DNA of 64,000 nt from Octopus sinensis (Eukaryota). The number at the start of each line of letters is the position of its first letter. Within the stretch, counting starts at the first letter, position 1. Below, in pieces: positions 50,830 to 64,000 of the stretch. A program made the position numbers and the translations under genes. The DNA is taken from NCBI RefSeq assembly GCF_006345805.1, contig NC_043000.1, positions 95,108,001 to 95,172,000 on the forward strand, written 5' to 3'. The notes below the pieces were generated by a model. That model did no database searches, was not told where the DNA came from, and saw only the letters and a program-made list of their open reading frames with translations.

Positions 50830-52350
50830 CTTAAAATTTCCTTATTCACCCTTCCTATATACCAAAATGAAAAACTAGTGCGGTGGCGAATGCTATTGGT
50901 AATTTTTTAAGAAAACTTGAGAAACAATATTCGAAATCATAAATTAGAGAAAAAGAAAGCATAAAGAACCATTAATGATTTAGCTTCTTAATTTTCTATA
51001 GGCAGCTCTTATTGTGTCTACGATTTTCCTGAATAAAAGATATATGTGAATGAAAATAAAAGTACGCAGACCTTGTAATGTACAATGATACATAATAAAA
51101 ATCTGATCAGCCTTATTCCTTGCATTTATCAATAAGGATAACTGATTAAATGCAACTAATAAACATGCATTTAGTTATTTGTGCTAAACCTTTATCTATT
51201 TTTAAGACTCTTAAAGATGGAAAGAAAGTAAGTGTGAAGAAATGTTTACTTGAAGATATAGACATAACAAAAATCTAGCTGGTTGCTTTACTGTCAAAGG
51301 GCAAGGTGTAGCTATGAGTATTGATATTGCAGCGCAAATTTATTCCCAAAACAATGCGAAGAAATGAGAAAATATTGTTGCGCACGATCACAAATCATTG
51401 CAGCAAGAGAAATATGGTTATTTTGACGCGGAAATCAGCAGGAGGCCACGTTGCAAAAGAAAACTCAATGATGCTATGTTTTAAAGTAGTTAAAGATTGA
51501 TAAAGGATATTGTTTGGAGATAATGCATCTAGAGACTGTAATTTAAGACCCAGGTTTCTGTATCCCATCAAACTCTTAAGTTAGTTAAAAGCGTCGTAAA
51601 AGCTATGCATCTAGACCTATGGAAGCCAAATGTAAATGTTTGGATTAGTCCTACACTGTTTGAATATTAGCTTTTCTATCACTTAGTACCTGAAGTAAAA
51701 AAAATACTGTGTTGACAAAAAGATTTTATTTCATCAATGGCTGTATGTAGATAATGCACCTTATCGCCCACAATTTAACTCATATTATTTTCGGCACACT
51801 TTTGGTGAGTTAATAAATGTTATTTCCCAGGAAGAAGACCCAACACTAAAGCGATTTTCAAAGTGATTGAATATTCTAGGCAGATGCCATGAAAATAATC
51901 GTAGTTACATAGAACAAATTACAGAGGAGAATATGAAAGATGTTTGGAAGAAATTCTGCCCTTAATTTATCGATAACCATCAAGGATATAAAGAACCTGA
52001 AGAGATTTTTGAATTAGGGAGAAACGAGTATTGATTCTGATATTGCCAATGTATAGCATATTGATGGCCATACGAATGGTACAAATGTTCTCTTTCAGTC
52101 ACACGACAAAGTATTTAGAAACGAAGAACTGAATGAAACGGAAGATCATTAGTAAAAAGTAAATCTAACACAGGAAGCCCTGATTATTATTTCCCTTTTT
52201 TCACACATTCTAAAAGCGATTGAAATTTTCGAGTTGTAAGATATATATTCAAATGAAGGCGTAATTTTTTTGCGGATCTAAATAAATCTTTCTGTTGACA
52301 TGGAGCGTATGAAGAAAATATTGCCATGGAAGCAAGTGACAATTGATGCA
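50830..52350 (+). pseudogene. pogo/Tigger-like transposase remnant
   Basis: Short conserved peptides FTVKG (FxASKGW-like), DNAP and ENMKDVWKKFCP occur in the expected order. Many stops. Confidence 0.5.
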
Positions 52351-52827
52351 TTTTAAACGAAAAATTGATATAAATTATATCGATCTCTTAGGGAACAGAA
52401 CAAAGGACATTTATATTCCAATGACCCCACAAAAAGAACTAGTCAGAACAACCCCAAAAATTTCTGCACGTACAGAGATGATAACAATTGTTTATACTTG
52501 TTTACATACCACAGCGGAGTAACATATTCTCGGTGTAATACATAATTAATCAATGACTTAAAACAAAGTTGCCAACAAGTACACCACTATGCATATTGAA
52601 GAGGCCATTGCAGCTGCATCCTGTTTAAAATAACTAGTCAGAAGTTAATAATTAATCTCGTTTTGGGTTGGGAATACGGTGAAATTTTTTTCCAGTGGAT
52701 CACTGAAAGGAGATCAAAAAATTATCAGTAGAATCCTAAAACTTTCTCAACTCGTTCAGATATGTAAACATTGGTTTACACTTCAATACGTTTCCCAACA
52801 AGGTTTAAAAATACATGTACATATATA

Positions 52828-54092
52828 TTGGGTCATCCCATAAATAATGCGGTTCTTTATACTTCTTTTATTTTTCAAAATTAAGATAAACAAAGCTCTT
52901 TGTTAATCTAAAATATACTCTCCTTCATTTCCTATAATGCTCTTCCATCTATCTGGTAGTATTGCAAGGCCCCTCTTCCAAACTTGACTTGTCCGTGACG
53001 AAAATACTCCTCCGGTACTGTTCTGACCTCGTCTAAAAAATTCATATTTTTCCCTCCAAATGATTGTGAAGAGCACGGAATAAATGAGAATCAGATGGGG
53101 TAATGTCCAGCGAATATGGTGGGTGAGAATGTCACTGCCTTCAGAATGTCACCCATGGTATATATGGCCGAGCATTATCCTAATGTAAGAATACCTTTCG
53201 TCTTGAAACCAAAGATGATGGGGTTTTTTTTTCCTTCTAGTGCTGACTTAAAACGTTCAAGCTGCTCACAGATCTTTATTATCGTTTGGTTTGGGTTTGA
53301 AATTTGGAAATGGACTAAACCTTTCATATCCCACCAAAAAGATAACAACACCTTAAGTGGGTGAAGACCTTCTTTAGCCTGTGATGCCGGTGTTTCTCCT
53401 TTCCCTACCCATTGTCTTCAGCATTTGGCATTTTTATAGAGAACCCATTTCTCATCACCAGTCAGCATTTGATCCAAAAATAGGTTCATTCGTGAGATGT
53501 GACAGCAAAGAAGAGCACACATTCACTCTCTGCGTGCGATTAGACTTGGAAAGTTTGAGGAACCCATTGACCCAATTTGCTGATTTTCCGATGGTACGCA
53601 GGTGTCAATGAATGGTTGAAAGACCAAATCCAAGCTTCTTTGCTAGTTCCTCAAGAGTTACGATAGGATTTTGTTCCATCAGGGTTTGCAGAACGTCTTC
53701 GTCTATCTCTACAGGTCTTCCATGACAAGGTTCGTTCTCTAGGCTGTACCTTCCGGCTAGGAATTTCTGGAATCCACGCTGACACTAGCTTACGCTAATT
53801 GTCCGATTTCCATGTACTGCATTAATATTCCTAGCACTTTCCATTTTATTGTGGCCCACACTGAACTCATTAAACAAAATATACCGAATATGCTCCTTTG
53901 TCATTTCCATTATAGCTTTGAAAAAATAACTGTTAAAATCGAACTGCACTCTTCAAAACTTGTCTAAAAATAAGGACAAGGTAAAATTACTACATGCTTT
54001 TGTAACAAGTTGATACAGGTAGTTAATTCCGTCTATCTTCGATTTTTAGTTCATACAATTGAAAAGACTGCATTATTTATGGAACGACCCAA
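52828..54092 (-). mobile_element. Full-length mariner element, decayed
   Basis: TIRs ttgggtcatcccataaataatgcggt and actgcattatttatggaacgacccaa, with TA on both sides. Minus-strand peptides EHIRYIL...GRPVEIDEDVLQTLMEQNPIVTLEELAKKLG...DNARP. Confidence 0.9.
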
Positions 54093-54233
54093 TACATACA
54101 TTAAATAGGAAGTTAATCAATGTACTTAGCAGATAATTCGCACGCACACATATGTATATATAACAAAAGACGAAGACAGCTGGTGTATAAAACAAACAGA
54201 TGTATTAGTATAACGCTCAGGAATAGAAAAAGT

Positions 54234-54269
54234 CTTTTACGTTTCGAGCCTACGCTCTTCTACAGAAAG
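54234..54269 (-). ncRNA. Minimal hammerhead-like motif (family A)
   Basis: Minus strand: CUUU-CUGUAGA-A-GAGC(GUAG)GCUC-GAAA-CGUA-AAAG. Host spans about 54145-54312. Confidence 0.6.
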
Positions 54270-54312
54270 GGACACAGAAAGAAACAAGGGCAGAAAAACC
54301 GTGGCTACCGAT

Positions 54313-54364
<52 letters not shown>

Positions 54365-54400
54365 GTACATATAAACTACAATTACATAAAAGCTACAATT

Positions 54401-54487
<87 letters not shown>

Positions 54488-54603
54488 CTGCTTTATTATC
54501 TCCCCTTCTTCTTAGATCTCTTGTGTGACCCCTTCTGTCAAGGATTCGCCATCATAGGTCGCTAGCCACCAAATCTTTTTCTATTTTCTCTCCCTATATA
54601 TTC

Positions 54604-54637
54604 CTTTGTCGAAGACCGTAGGGTCGAAACATAAAAG
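54604..54637 (+). ncRNA. Degenerate family A hammerhead-like motif
   Basis: UUGUCGA-A-GACC(GUAG)GGUC-GAAA-CAUA-AAAG. C3 and G16.2 are lost but stem II covaries. Confidence 0.4.
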
Positions 54638-54727
54638 ACTTTCTCACTTCCCGAACGTTAAATTAATACATTTGTTTGTTGTTTATGCAACCGTCTTCGT
54701 CTTTTTTGTAAATTCCCACTAGATAGA

Positions 54728-54803
<76 letters not shown>

Positions 54804-54814
54804 TAGATAGATAG

Positions 54815-54884
<70 letters not shown>

Positions 54885-55273
54885 GTTTCTTTATTAGCCA
54901 CACAGGGCTGCACACAGATGGGACAAATTACAAGGTAGGGCTTTTCTTTTTGGGGATAAAAAAGGGGGTTTGGTTTTCGATCAACAGGGATCGTAAAAGG
55001 GAAAAAAGAAAAAAAAGAAAAAAGGAAAAGAAACAAAGAAAAGAAAAAAGAAAAAAAGAAGAAAAAGAAGGAAAAAAGGGGAAGAGGTAAAAAAACGATC
55101 AATAGGGATCGTGTATAACAGTGTCATGATGTACGGTGTAAAGGGGGAAGCAGATAAAGTTTATCCGTGGGAAGAAAAGCCTACGATAAAGACCACGGTA
55201 ACCTCGGTCAATATTGTTATATGTTACCACATTTGTTTGCAAGTGGGTAACCCTCTGTTTTCAATTTCTGGTT

Positions 55274-58200
55274 TCATAAGATTATGCTCAAGGTGGCTTT
55301 GTCATTCATACGTGCCATCCTTGCTACATCCACCTATCTTTTTTTAAAACATTCGCTAGACAAAACTTACCTCTCTACTCTCACTTTCCTTTTCAAGTTG
55401 AGGAGAGATTGACCAGAGAGGAAAGTGTTTGTCTCCGATCCTTTCAGACGCGTCCACCAGATACATTCTTTCGCCATAGCCACAAGGATGATGAAAATAG
55501 CTCTTCCTTCCCGTTTGAAGGAAGGAGGCGTGACAATATTGACGATAGACTCAGCTGATAAACCGATTCGTCCCACACGTGACAGCAGTTGTTCGACATA
55601 AGCCCACAGGTCGGAAATTGTTGGACACTGCACGAGTGCGTGCAGAACGGTTTCGTCGCTCTGACCGCATCTTGGGCAGGTCGGCCCCGTGTTTCTCGAG
55701 CCGTGTCTGTAGAGCTTATCCCGAACGGGTAGCGCTTCTCGGTAGCACTGCCAGGCCAGGGATCTCTGGAAGTTGTCCATGGGCCCTGGCCCGAAAGTCG
55801 TCCCGAACAGGCGGGTCAGGTATTCCTCGTCGACGTCCAGGTTCGCCCCGAGCTCGTCGTCGTACCTCCCCTCCACTAATCCCCAATAGAATGCTTGGGT
55901 TGTGATGGAGTCACTAGAGGTCGACCCGGGACGGCAGAGTTGCTTGAGAGCAACGCGACACTCGCGGTACCATTCGCTTTTCCTCGGCCTCTTTTTGATT
56001 CACGACTGCAGTTCAGTCATGGAGACGAGCTGCGGGAAAGCGTGCCTCACAAACGGCGACCACACCTGTTCACCGTCGTCTACGAAGAGCCTGAGATGTC
56101 GCAGTCTCAGCTCGTGTCTGCGCATCATCAACCACGGCATACCCAGTCCTCCTTTTAACTGGTGATGACAGCAAATGGATCGCCTTACCATCGGGACGCA
56201 TTCTTTCCACAAGAAGCGAAAGAGAATGCGTTCTAGTTTGGTGATGGTAGGGTCGGGACAAGGCACGACGGTCAGGCGGTAGTAGATGACGGACGCGATG
56301 TACGTGTTCGCCACCTCCGCCCGACCATTAGCGGGCGAGAGTGACCACCCTACTCGTTATCTCGTTCCAGTTCTTCTCCATTTGGAGGTCCGGACCGAAC
56401 CAGACCCCGAGAAACTCGACCGGACCGTCGGTCCGGCGTCCCACAATGGAGGCGCTGGTGGACGGCATGGGCTTGCTTCTCCAGGTGCCTAGTCGCAAGC
56501 CCACTGACTTTTCCAGGTTGATTTTCCCTCCTGTCACCGCTTCGTAGTTTTTCAGTGTCTCGCCGCCCTGCTCGATGTGCTCGTGGCTAGACACTATGAC
56601 GTCGTCCGCATATGCAGACACACTCGTCCCGCATCCCAGTTCTCGCGGGATGCCCCTCAGAGTTGCCAGCTTCCGCAATAATGGCTCGAGAGTCAATACG
56701 TATAGAAGCGACGAGAGGGGGCATCCTTGACGGACCGAACGTGCGATGTCGAAAGGTCTCGATAGATGTCCGTTTACGCGAATTACCGAACGGATGCCTC
56801 TGTACAAAGCGGCTATCCAGCCGCAGAAGACGGGACCGAAGCCAGCCGCTCTGAGGACAGCCTCCAAGTATCGATGGTCTACCCTATCGAAAGCTTTCGA
56901 TTGATCCAAATTGATCAGCGCCTCACCCATGCCAGGTTTGTTAACTACCCTGTCTATGATGTAGCGCATCAGGTGGAGGTTGTCATGGATGGTCCGGCCC
57001 GGCACGGCGCACGTTTGCGCCTTGTCGACCACTTTCTCGATGACAAGCACCAACCTCTTGGCTAAAACCTTGGCCAACATTTTAAAGTCTGCATTAAGCA
57101 GAGTGATGGGCCTAAAGTTATCTATTACATTTCCCTTGTTTAGATCTTTCTTCAGCGGTGTTACGGCTCCTCGGCTCACAAAACCAGGAATGCTCCCGTT
57201 TTGCTGCCAGTTGCAGTACACCGCTGCCAAGACGTCTCCAAACATGTCTGGCATACAACTGTAAAGCTCGTAGGGTAGACCATCCAAATCCGGCGATTTG
57301 TCCCTCGAGCATTCTGTCATCGCGTCCTGCACTTCCACCGCCGTGATGGCACCTTCGCAGCGCCCTGCTTCTCTTGTCGAGAGTCGTGGTAGGCTGTGTA
57401 GGTAGGCACTGAAGTCCACCCTACGTTCTTGCCCTCCACTCGTCCCGAACAGTCGGGCAAAATGCTGTTGAAAGGCCTCACACATTTTACTTGGCTCGAG
57501 CAATTCGCGTCCCTGTTCATCTACCAGAGACCGAATGGTGGCTTTGTTGCCCTGTTGCGCCTCTGCCACCCGAGCCTCTCTCGCGGCTCCAACACCTTCG
57601 TTCCTTAGAGCACGCATCCTAGCTCTGACAGCACACCCTTTGTGTTTGGCGTTGAAGTGTTGGTCGAGGGCCAACCTCGCCGCCAAAACGTCGGATGCGA
57701 TGCCGCTTCTAATTGCCTCTTCTAGCTTCTTAACTAGCTCACCCTCTACTCTATTTCTATCTATGGCTAGTGCTTTGCTGTACCTAATCGCTTCTGCTTT
57801 TACTGCTCTCTTGAGGGCAAACCACCATTTGTTGTTGATGATGGCTCCCGTCAAAGCCCTCTTTACTAGTGTGCTAATCTGGTCTCTGAAAACCTGTCTC
57901 GATGGGAAAGACGCGTTTAGTTTCCAGTATCCGGGACCCTGCCTAAGTGTCTTACCTAAGTCTAGCGTGCATGTCACAAGTTTGTGATCCGTGTAGCTGA
58001 CTATGTGGAATTGTGGACATCCTATGCTATCTCTATCTACCGTCCTACACAGTATCCTATCAAGATACGATCTCGACGACCCGATGCGGTTGGTCCATGT
58101 CCATGTTGGCGCATTCGGGTGGTCTAGTCATACCTGTCAGACAGTTGAAAGCGTTTGAGCAGATCTCTGAGGCATTTGCATCCCCGTCTATTCCTATCTC

Positions 58201-58664
58201 TGCCCACGTAGTCTACATGCGTCTCCAAGGTAGCGTTCCAATACCCCCAATAAGAGTAAAGGACGAGACGTTCCGAAGAATACTTCTAGACGTTGAAAGA
58301 AATCCGCCCAACCTGTTAAGGACGGTGCGTAGACTGATACGAGTCGAAAAGCGCACCCATTGCTGCCGTCGACATACAGGACGACCAGTCTACCCTCCGG
58401 GTCTACGAATATTGTCTTTACTTTGAGATCCAGACTCTTGCGAAAAAGTACCGCGGTACCACTACCGCCCATTCTTGGCAGACAGGGGAAAAAATAAATG
58501 TTGAACTGTCCGCCCAACATGGTCTTTGGGGCCCGCGGATTGTGGAGTTTGGTCTCACTTATGGCTATGATTTCTAACTTGTGTGACTTTATGTCATTTA
58601 AGAGGTACCCTTGTTTCCAAGGGGATCCCAAGCCACACGCATTTACACAACCAATCTTGATCAC
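55274..58664 (-). pseudogene. Tx1/L1 ORF2 (APE endonuclease plus reverse transcriptase), frameshifted
   Basis: IGCVNACGL...IIAISETK (APE); FRPITLLNADFKMLAK, LDQSKAFDRVDH, VRQGCPLSSLLY and SAYADD (RT); CPRCGQSDETVLHALVQCP. Confidence 0.92.
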
Positions 58665-58704
58665 TATCCTAATGAATTAGAATATAAGTGAAAGGAACAG
58701 AGGG

Positions 58705-60516
58705 TTACTTACTGCTCGAAAGTTTTTGCTTTCTCCTCCTTTGGTTTGTCCTCGAGGAGATCCCAGTAAAGTTTCTTTGTGAGGTATTTTTGACATTTAC
58801 CAACCGCACTGGGGAAAATGCCTTTTAGTGTGTGGTGCAGACTTCTGCAGATATGTAATATTTTGATGTGGTCTGGTGGTGTTATGTATAGGTAATTGTT
58901 TGTTTTTATGTCATCTTGTTATGTTTGTTTTTGATTTGATGTATTCCATCAAATTTGTGTGTTTGGTGTCTATAGCTGTGAGCATGTTTGCTGTATATAT
59001 TTTTGTGGTATTGGTGTGGTTGTTGTTTGTGTTGGCTTTTGAAATGTCTTCGGGAGATGTATTTCCCCCTTCTTTGTTTGTGTTTGCATTTGGTTTGGTT
59101 GTGTTTCTGCTCTTTATTCTCCTTCCTTTTCTAGCTATTTGCCATTCCTCACTGGTTTCGTCTTCCGACGAATTTTCTGAGGAATCAGTAGGGGGTAGAG
59201 GTATGTTGTAGGTTTCAATGTATGTCTGTGTAAGTGGTTGTGCTGTTGTTTTCGTTGCTGTTGGTTGTTGAGTGTTTGTGTGTGGTGAGTGCGGTATAAG
59301 GGATGGGGAATCAGTTTTTGTATATTTTCTTTGTTTTTCTGTTCCTTTGGTTCTTGCTGTTGTTGGTGGTGTTGGTTTTTTCTCAGTTGTTGAATAATTT
59401 TTCGTTGTTGACGGATTAGCTTGGTGTGCTTCTCTTGTCGTCTTCTGTGTTGATGGTGGTGTGGGTAGTAGAGCTTTTTTCTCGGAGTGTTTTGGTTGTG
59501 GTAGTGGTTGTTGTTGTTGCTCTTGGTGTGCAGTGGTTGGGCACTTCTTTTTCAAGTGTATTTCGCTTCCACACAAATAGCAACGTGGTCGCCTGCCCTC
59601 TACCACTACATAAAGTTTGTAGCCTTCTGGCAGTTCTATAGTGGTGGGTATCTTTTCTCTTGTTGTTTCATCCAATTAAAGAAAGAATTGGATTGATTTT
59701 CCCACCCAGTTTTTCTGCCCTAGAACAGCGATTTCAAGGATGTTTGTCTCTGCCATTGTCTCAGCCATTTCAAAGCAGATGGCAGAGACTAACCATTGTA
59801 TTTCGACTTCAGATGGTACATTTTTTATTTGGACTTTCGTCACCCTCTGGTTTAAATAGATTGGTATCATTACCAAGTCGTCTGAATGCAGCTCCAATGT
59901 GAAAAATCGTTTTGCTAGATTTTCGTTCAGGAAACGTACTTGGACTGTGCCAAATTTATTTCCCCAACTGATATACTCCTTAGAGTCCCATACAGGACGA
60001 AGGCATTTTTCAATTTTTTCCTGCGGTGCATTTTCTGGTCGTCTTGTTTTCTTGTTGATGACTTTGTAGATTATTGTTTTTTTGTGTGTGTTTTCCACGA
60101 TGTGTTGTGGAATGTGAAGATGCAATTTATCTCCTTCTTTGGTGAAGAGTGCTATTGTGAGGTTTATTTCTTGTGTGGTGAATTTTACGATTGTTCGTTT
60201 TTGTTTTGTCGCATCCGCGAAATTCGTTTTAATTTTAGCGGTGATAGCAGCAGAAGAGTTAGTTGTAGCAGTTGAAGTCGTGGTAGTGGTGTTGGTGTTG
60301 TCGGTGTTGTCTTTGGTAGGCAGCTTTGTGCTGATTTCGTTGTTGTTGTTGGTGGTAGTGATGGTGGTGGTGCTGGCATTCATGTTTGCGTCTGTATTCG
60401 TTTTTGAAATCTCTTTCTCTGTTCTTTTTTCATCGACAAGTGGTGTAGGGAGTGGGGGAAAATCTAAGTTAATGTCTTTGGTCGCGGCGATGGGGAATGG
60501 TCTTGCAACGTTAGTT

Positions 60517-60548
<32 letters not shown>

Positions 60549-60652
60549 GACAGCGGTGTTCAAGCTGTGAGGTTTAGCAGCTAGTGGTAGAATAGTGTTT
60601 CGCTACCGTTCCGCATGACTGGCGGGCTAGCCACGTAGTTTCTAGTTGCCAT
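58705..60652 (-). pseudogene. Tx1/L1 ORF1 (gag-like), disrupted
   Basis: The ATG at 60652 reaches the 60563 frame only through a 1-nt shift. There is an in-frame TAA at 59676-59678. Contains CYLCGSEIHLKKKC (CX2CX4HX4C) and long Thr/Asn-rich tracts. The C-terminal boundary is inferred across another shift. Confidence 0.82.
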
Positions 60653-60873
60653 TTTCAAAATGAAAAATGGCTAAAAGGAACCCACGAAAGTTTTGAAAGT
60701 TTTTGGTAATTTCGCCCATACAGGGGCGGAATTCTACGTGAATAATTCTCAGGTTTTTTAGTGAATGAACTTGCACAACGATTAAAACAAAATATTTGAC
60801 AAGGAGTTTTAAACATGTAAAAGTGGCCAACTTACGTGGAGCCCATTTGACTAGCGTCCGTCCACGTCGGAGA

Positions 60874-61158
<285 letters not shown>

Positions 61159-61418
61159 TTACTTCAGAGAGAAAAGGGGAGAGAGGGGGAGAGCAGGGAG
61201 AGAGGAGGAGAGTGAGAGAGATTTCTCCCACTCGATAGAGTTTGACACAAAACTCAATCCCATAGTGTATTTTGTATAATCTCCAAAATTCTCAATTAAA
61301 TAATTTTATCTTCCTTGTAAATTGAAGGACCCTGGAGGAGATTTGAGTCTACAAATAATGTACAACGCACGCGGGCGTGCGAAATCACACACATACACAT
61401 GTGAATACACACATATAT

Positions 61419-61815
61419 TACTCTTTTACTTGTTTCAGTCATTTGACTGCGGCCATGCTGGAGCACCGCCTTTAATCGAGCAATTCGATCCTGGGACTTA
61501 TTCTTTTGTAAACCCAGTACTTATTCTATCGGTCTCTTTTGCCGAACCGCTATGTAACGGGGACATAAACACACCAGCATCGGTTGTCAAGCAATGCAAG
61601 GGGGACAAACACAGACACACATACACTCATATATATATATATACATATATACGACGGGCTTCTTTCAGTTTCCGTCTACCAAATCCACTCACAGGGCTTT
61701 GGTCGGCCCGAGGCTATAGTAGAAGACACTTGCCCAAGGTGCCACGCAGTGGAACTGAACCCGGAACCATGTGGTTGGTAAACAAGCTACTTACCACACA
61801 GCCACACCTGCGCCT
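61419..61815 (-). mobile_element. SINE S1, near full length
   Basis: Close match to 5179-5590 and 10330-10745. Confidence 0.87.
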
Positions 61816-61897
61816 ATATAGAAAATATCCATAGATAAATATATATACTATAGTATATTTAACAATATTTATACATATATGTCTGTGTATGTACATG

Positions 61898-61945
<48 letters not shown>

Positions 61946-62208
61946 ATTAATATATATATATATTATATATATATATATTATATATATATATATATATATT
62001 ATGTGAAATAGAAAGATGAATAATCTTGTAGCAGATTAATCAAAAGCTTAACCGATACCTTGGTAGCAAAAATCACAGCAGAAGACAGCACGGTTGGAGG
62101 TACAACCATATGGTGTTGCAACCGTGCGTTGGTGCGGATAATTGAATTTTAATATTATTGGTGAATTGAAGAAATGGAGCTGAACGAAGATTGAACAGAA
62201 ATCGTTTT

Positions 62209-62299
62209 ATTTCATTCTACACGTGTTTCGAAAGGCACAATTTACCAAAATCCGATTGAATAATGAGACCATATTGTGTCTTTCTCTTCAGGAAGAAAT
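62209..62299 (-). ncRNA. Type I hammerhead ribozyme (family F)
   Basis: Exact reverse complement of 62367-62457. Confidence 0.87.
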
Positions 62300-62366
62300 A
62301 AGGAGCCTAGTTCGATTTGTTTTGCTCCGCCTCTGTTCTGTTTTTGTTTTTTCCAACGGATTTCCT

Positions 62367-62457
62367 ATTTCTTCCTGAAGAGAAAGACACAATATGGTCT
62401 CATTATTCAATCGGATTTTGGTAAATTGTGCCTTTCGAAACACGTGTAGAATGAAAT
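62367..62457 (+). ncRNA. Type I hammerhead ribozyme (family F)
   Basis: AUUUCUUC-CUGAAGA-GAAAG-a-CACAAU...AUUGUG-c-CUUUC-GAAA-CACGUG-UA-GAA(U)GAAAU. Stem I is 8 bp with a U bulge, stem III is the palindrome ACACGUGU, triplet GUA, and AATAAA follows immediately. Confidence 0.88.
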
Positions 62458-62504
62458 AAAACGATTTCTGTTCAATCTTCGTTCAGCTCCATTTCTTCAA
62501 TTCA

Positions 62505-62559
<55 letters not shown>

Positions 62560-62583
62560 TATATATATTATATATATATAATA

Positions 62584-62614
<31 letters not shown>

Positions 62615-62625
62615 GTATATATATA

Positions 62626-62669
<44 letters not shown>

Positions 62670-62741
62670 TATATATATGAATACATATATATATATTTTT
62701 ATATATATGTTTATATATATATTTTTATATATATGTTTACA

Positions 62742-62806
<65 letters not shown>

Positions 62807-62838
62807 ATATATATGTATATCCGTACACATAATATTGA

Positions 62839-62876
<38 letters not shown>

Positions 62877-62993
62877 GTGTGTGTGGTGTGTGTATGTACA
62901 CATTTATATAGAGAGAGATATACATTATACATTTAGGCACCCACTCATATAAATATATATGTATTTATATATATGTAACTTCAGAGGCAGACA

Positions 62994-63027
<34 letters not shown>

Positions 63028-63070
63028 GGCAGGCAGGCGGATGGACAAACAGACAGACAGGGACGCACGC

Positions 63071-63154
<84 letters not shown>

Positions 63155-63589
63155 GTTCTCTGCATTTACCAGGTGGCTATAAAAAAGGTTGTCTTAAACA
63201 GTATTTTATATATTCCACATGATTTAATTAAGGGAACTTACCTTCCTTGCGTGATATTAAAGATAGCTAAAGGGAATTTTTCTTGACCTATTTTTATAAT
63301 AGATGTTTGATACAGACCCATATATAAAAACTTTAAATATATATTCCTAATATATATAACATATTTTTGAATGTGTATATATGCATATGTATGCCATTAT
63401 TCAGTTTTATTTCAAGATTTCTAGCCAATAGAAAAAGAGCCGGTTTCTAACCTAAATTCAAAGCTCCTTCATTGGAATTTCAACATCAACAACAGGGTAT
63501 TTTTGTTTGTTTGTATGTATGTACATATTATATATGTAAGTATATATGTATGTGTGTATGTATGTATATGTGCAGATTTCTATGTTTTG

Positions 63590-64000
63590 CTTTATGCATG
63601 TATTCTCATGCATATATTTGCATATCTAGACATGCTCATACATATTTTATTGATAAACATCTGGAAAGTTTTACCGGTTTTTATATTTCCAGTGATGGAA
63701 TGGATCTGTAGTCTTCGAGTTAGCTTTCTCCTTTCTGGTTTTGAGAAGCCTAACTTCTCAAGATTGGTATTTAGGCAGTGTGTTACGTAACTCATGGCCC
63801 CAGTAATTACATGTATAAACCTGAACTTGTAATCTGGATAGAATAACTTCTCTTTCATACTGATCTTCTGCTTTATGTTAACATCCGCTGGGCAACTAAT
63901 TTCCACAACTGTACACCGTTTCTCTTCTCTATACCAAATCATTATATCAGGTCTGTTGTGCTTGCATTTTATTCAGGCTTCACTGGGACATTCCATCAAT
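63590..64000 (-). mobile_element. RLE-type LINE 3' remnant, same lineage as 33860-34930
   Basis: HNRPDIMIWYREEKRCTVVEISCPADVNIKQKIS...FIHVITGAMSYVTHCLNTNLEKLGF. Runs off the window end. Confidence 0.85.

Larger units (their letters stand above)
54884..60873 (-). mobile_element. Full-length Tx1/L1-type LINE (about 6.0 kb) inserted in (GATA)n
   Basis: 5' UTR, ORF1 with CCHC knuckle, ORF2 with APE, RT and C-terminal Cys motif, and a 3' end AATAAAGAAACT running directly into (TATC)n. The 5' end is also preceded by (CTAT)n. Confidence 0.93.
62020..62510. mobile_element. Inverted dual-hammerhead element (family F) inside (TA)n
   Basis: Perfect 145-bp inverted repeat (62156-62300 and 62366-62510) with a 65-nt spacer, plus a 135-nt left extension. 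Long (TA)n on both sides. Confidence 0.88.

Noticed and set aside
55579-60570. Plus-strand ORFs across the Tx1 element
   Set aside because: They are antisense shadows of ORF1 and ORF2.
60825-60870. Possible HDV-like ribozyme at the Tx1 5' end (ACGUGGA/UCCACGU stem)
   Set aside because: The 7-bp stem is real, but there is no L3 consensus, P1.1 or downstream P2 partner, so it is only a hairpin.

Overview
This is AT-rich, microsatellite-saturated eukaryotic DNA whose SINE and LINE content most resembles an octopus (coleoid cephalopod) genome; the taxon is inferred, not verified. Nearly all ORF-track entries are artefacts of microsatellites or TE antisense frames. Supportable content: (1) DNA transposons: a full-length Tc1 with a nested hAT MITE, a second Tc1 remnant, a full-length decayed mariner, a Tigger/pogo remnant, Helitron-like non-autonomous repeats and a fold-back MITE. 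(2) LINEs: a 5'-truncated RTE with an intact frame, four RLE-type (R4/Dong/NeSL-like) remnants, and three copies of one Tx1/L1-type family, one full-length at about 6 kb. (3) Dozens of tRNA-derived SINE copies of at least three families. (4) A few weak candidate exons of an unidentified host gene. Two hidden signals stand out. First, 15 hammerhead-ribozyme motifs, folded by hand, belong to about six unrelated small non-coding element families (Penelope-like pLTR or retrozyme type). They occur in tandem, inverted and solo arrangements, mostly beside (TA)n tracts, and one family has a non-canonical core with covarying stem II. Second, all three Tx1-type copies abut (GATA)n on both sides despite different 5' ends, which implies GATA-microsatellite target specificity. 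SINE and degenerate-element boundaries are approximate.
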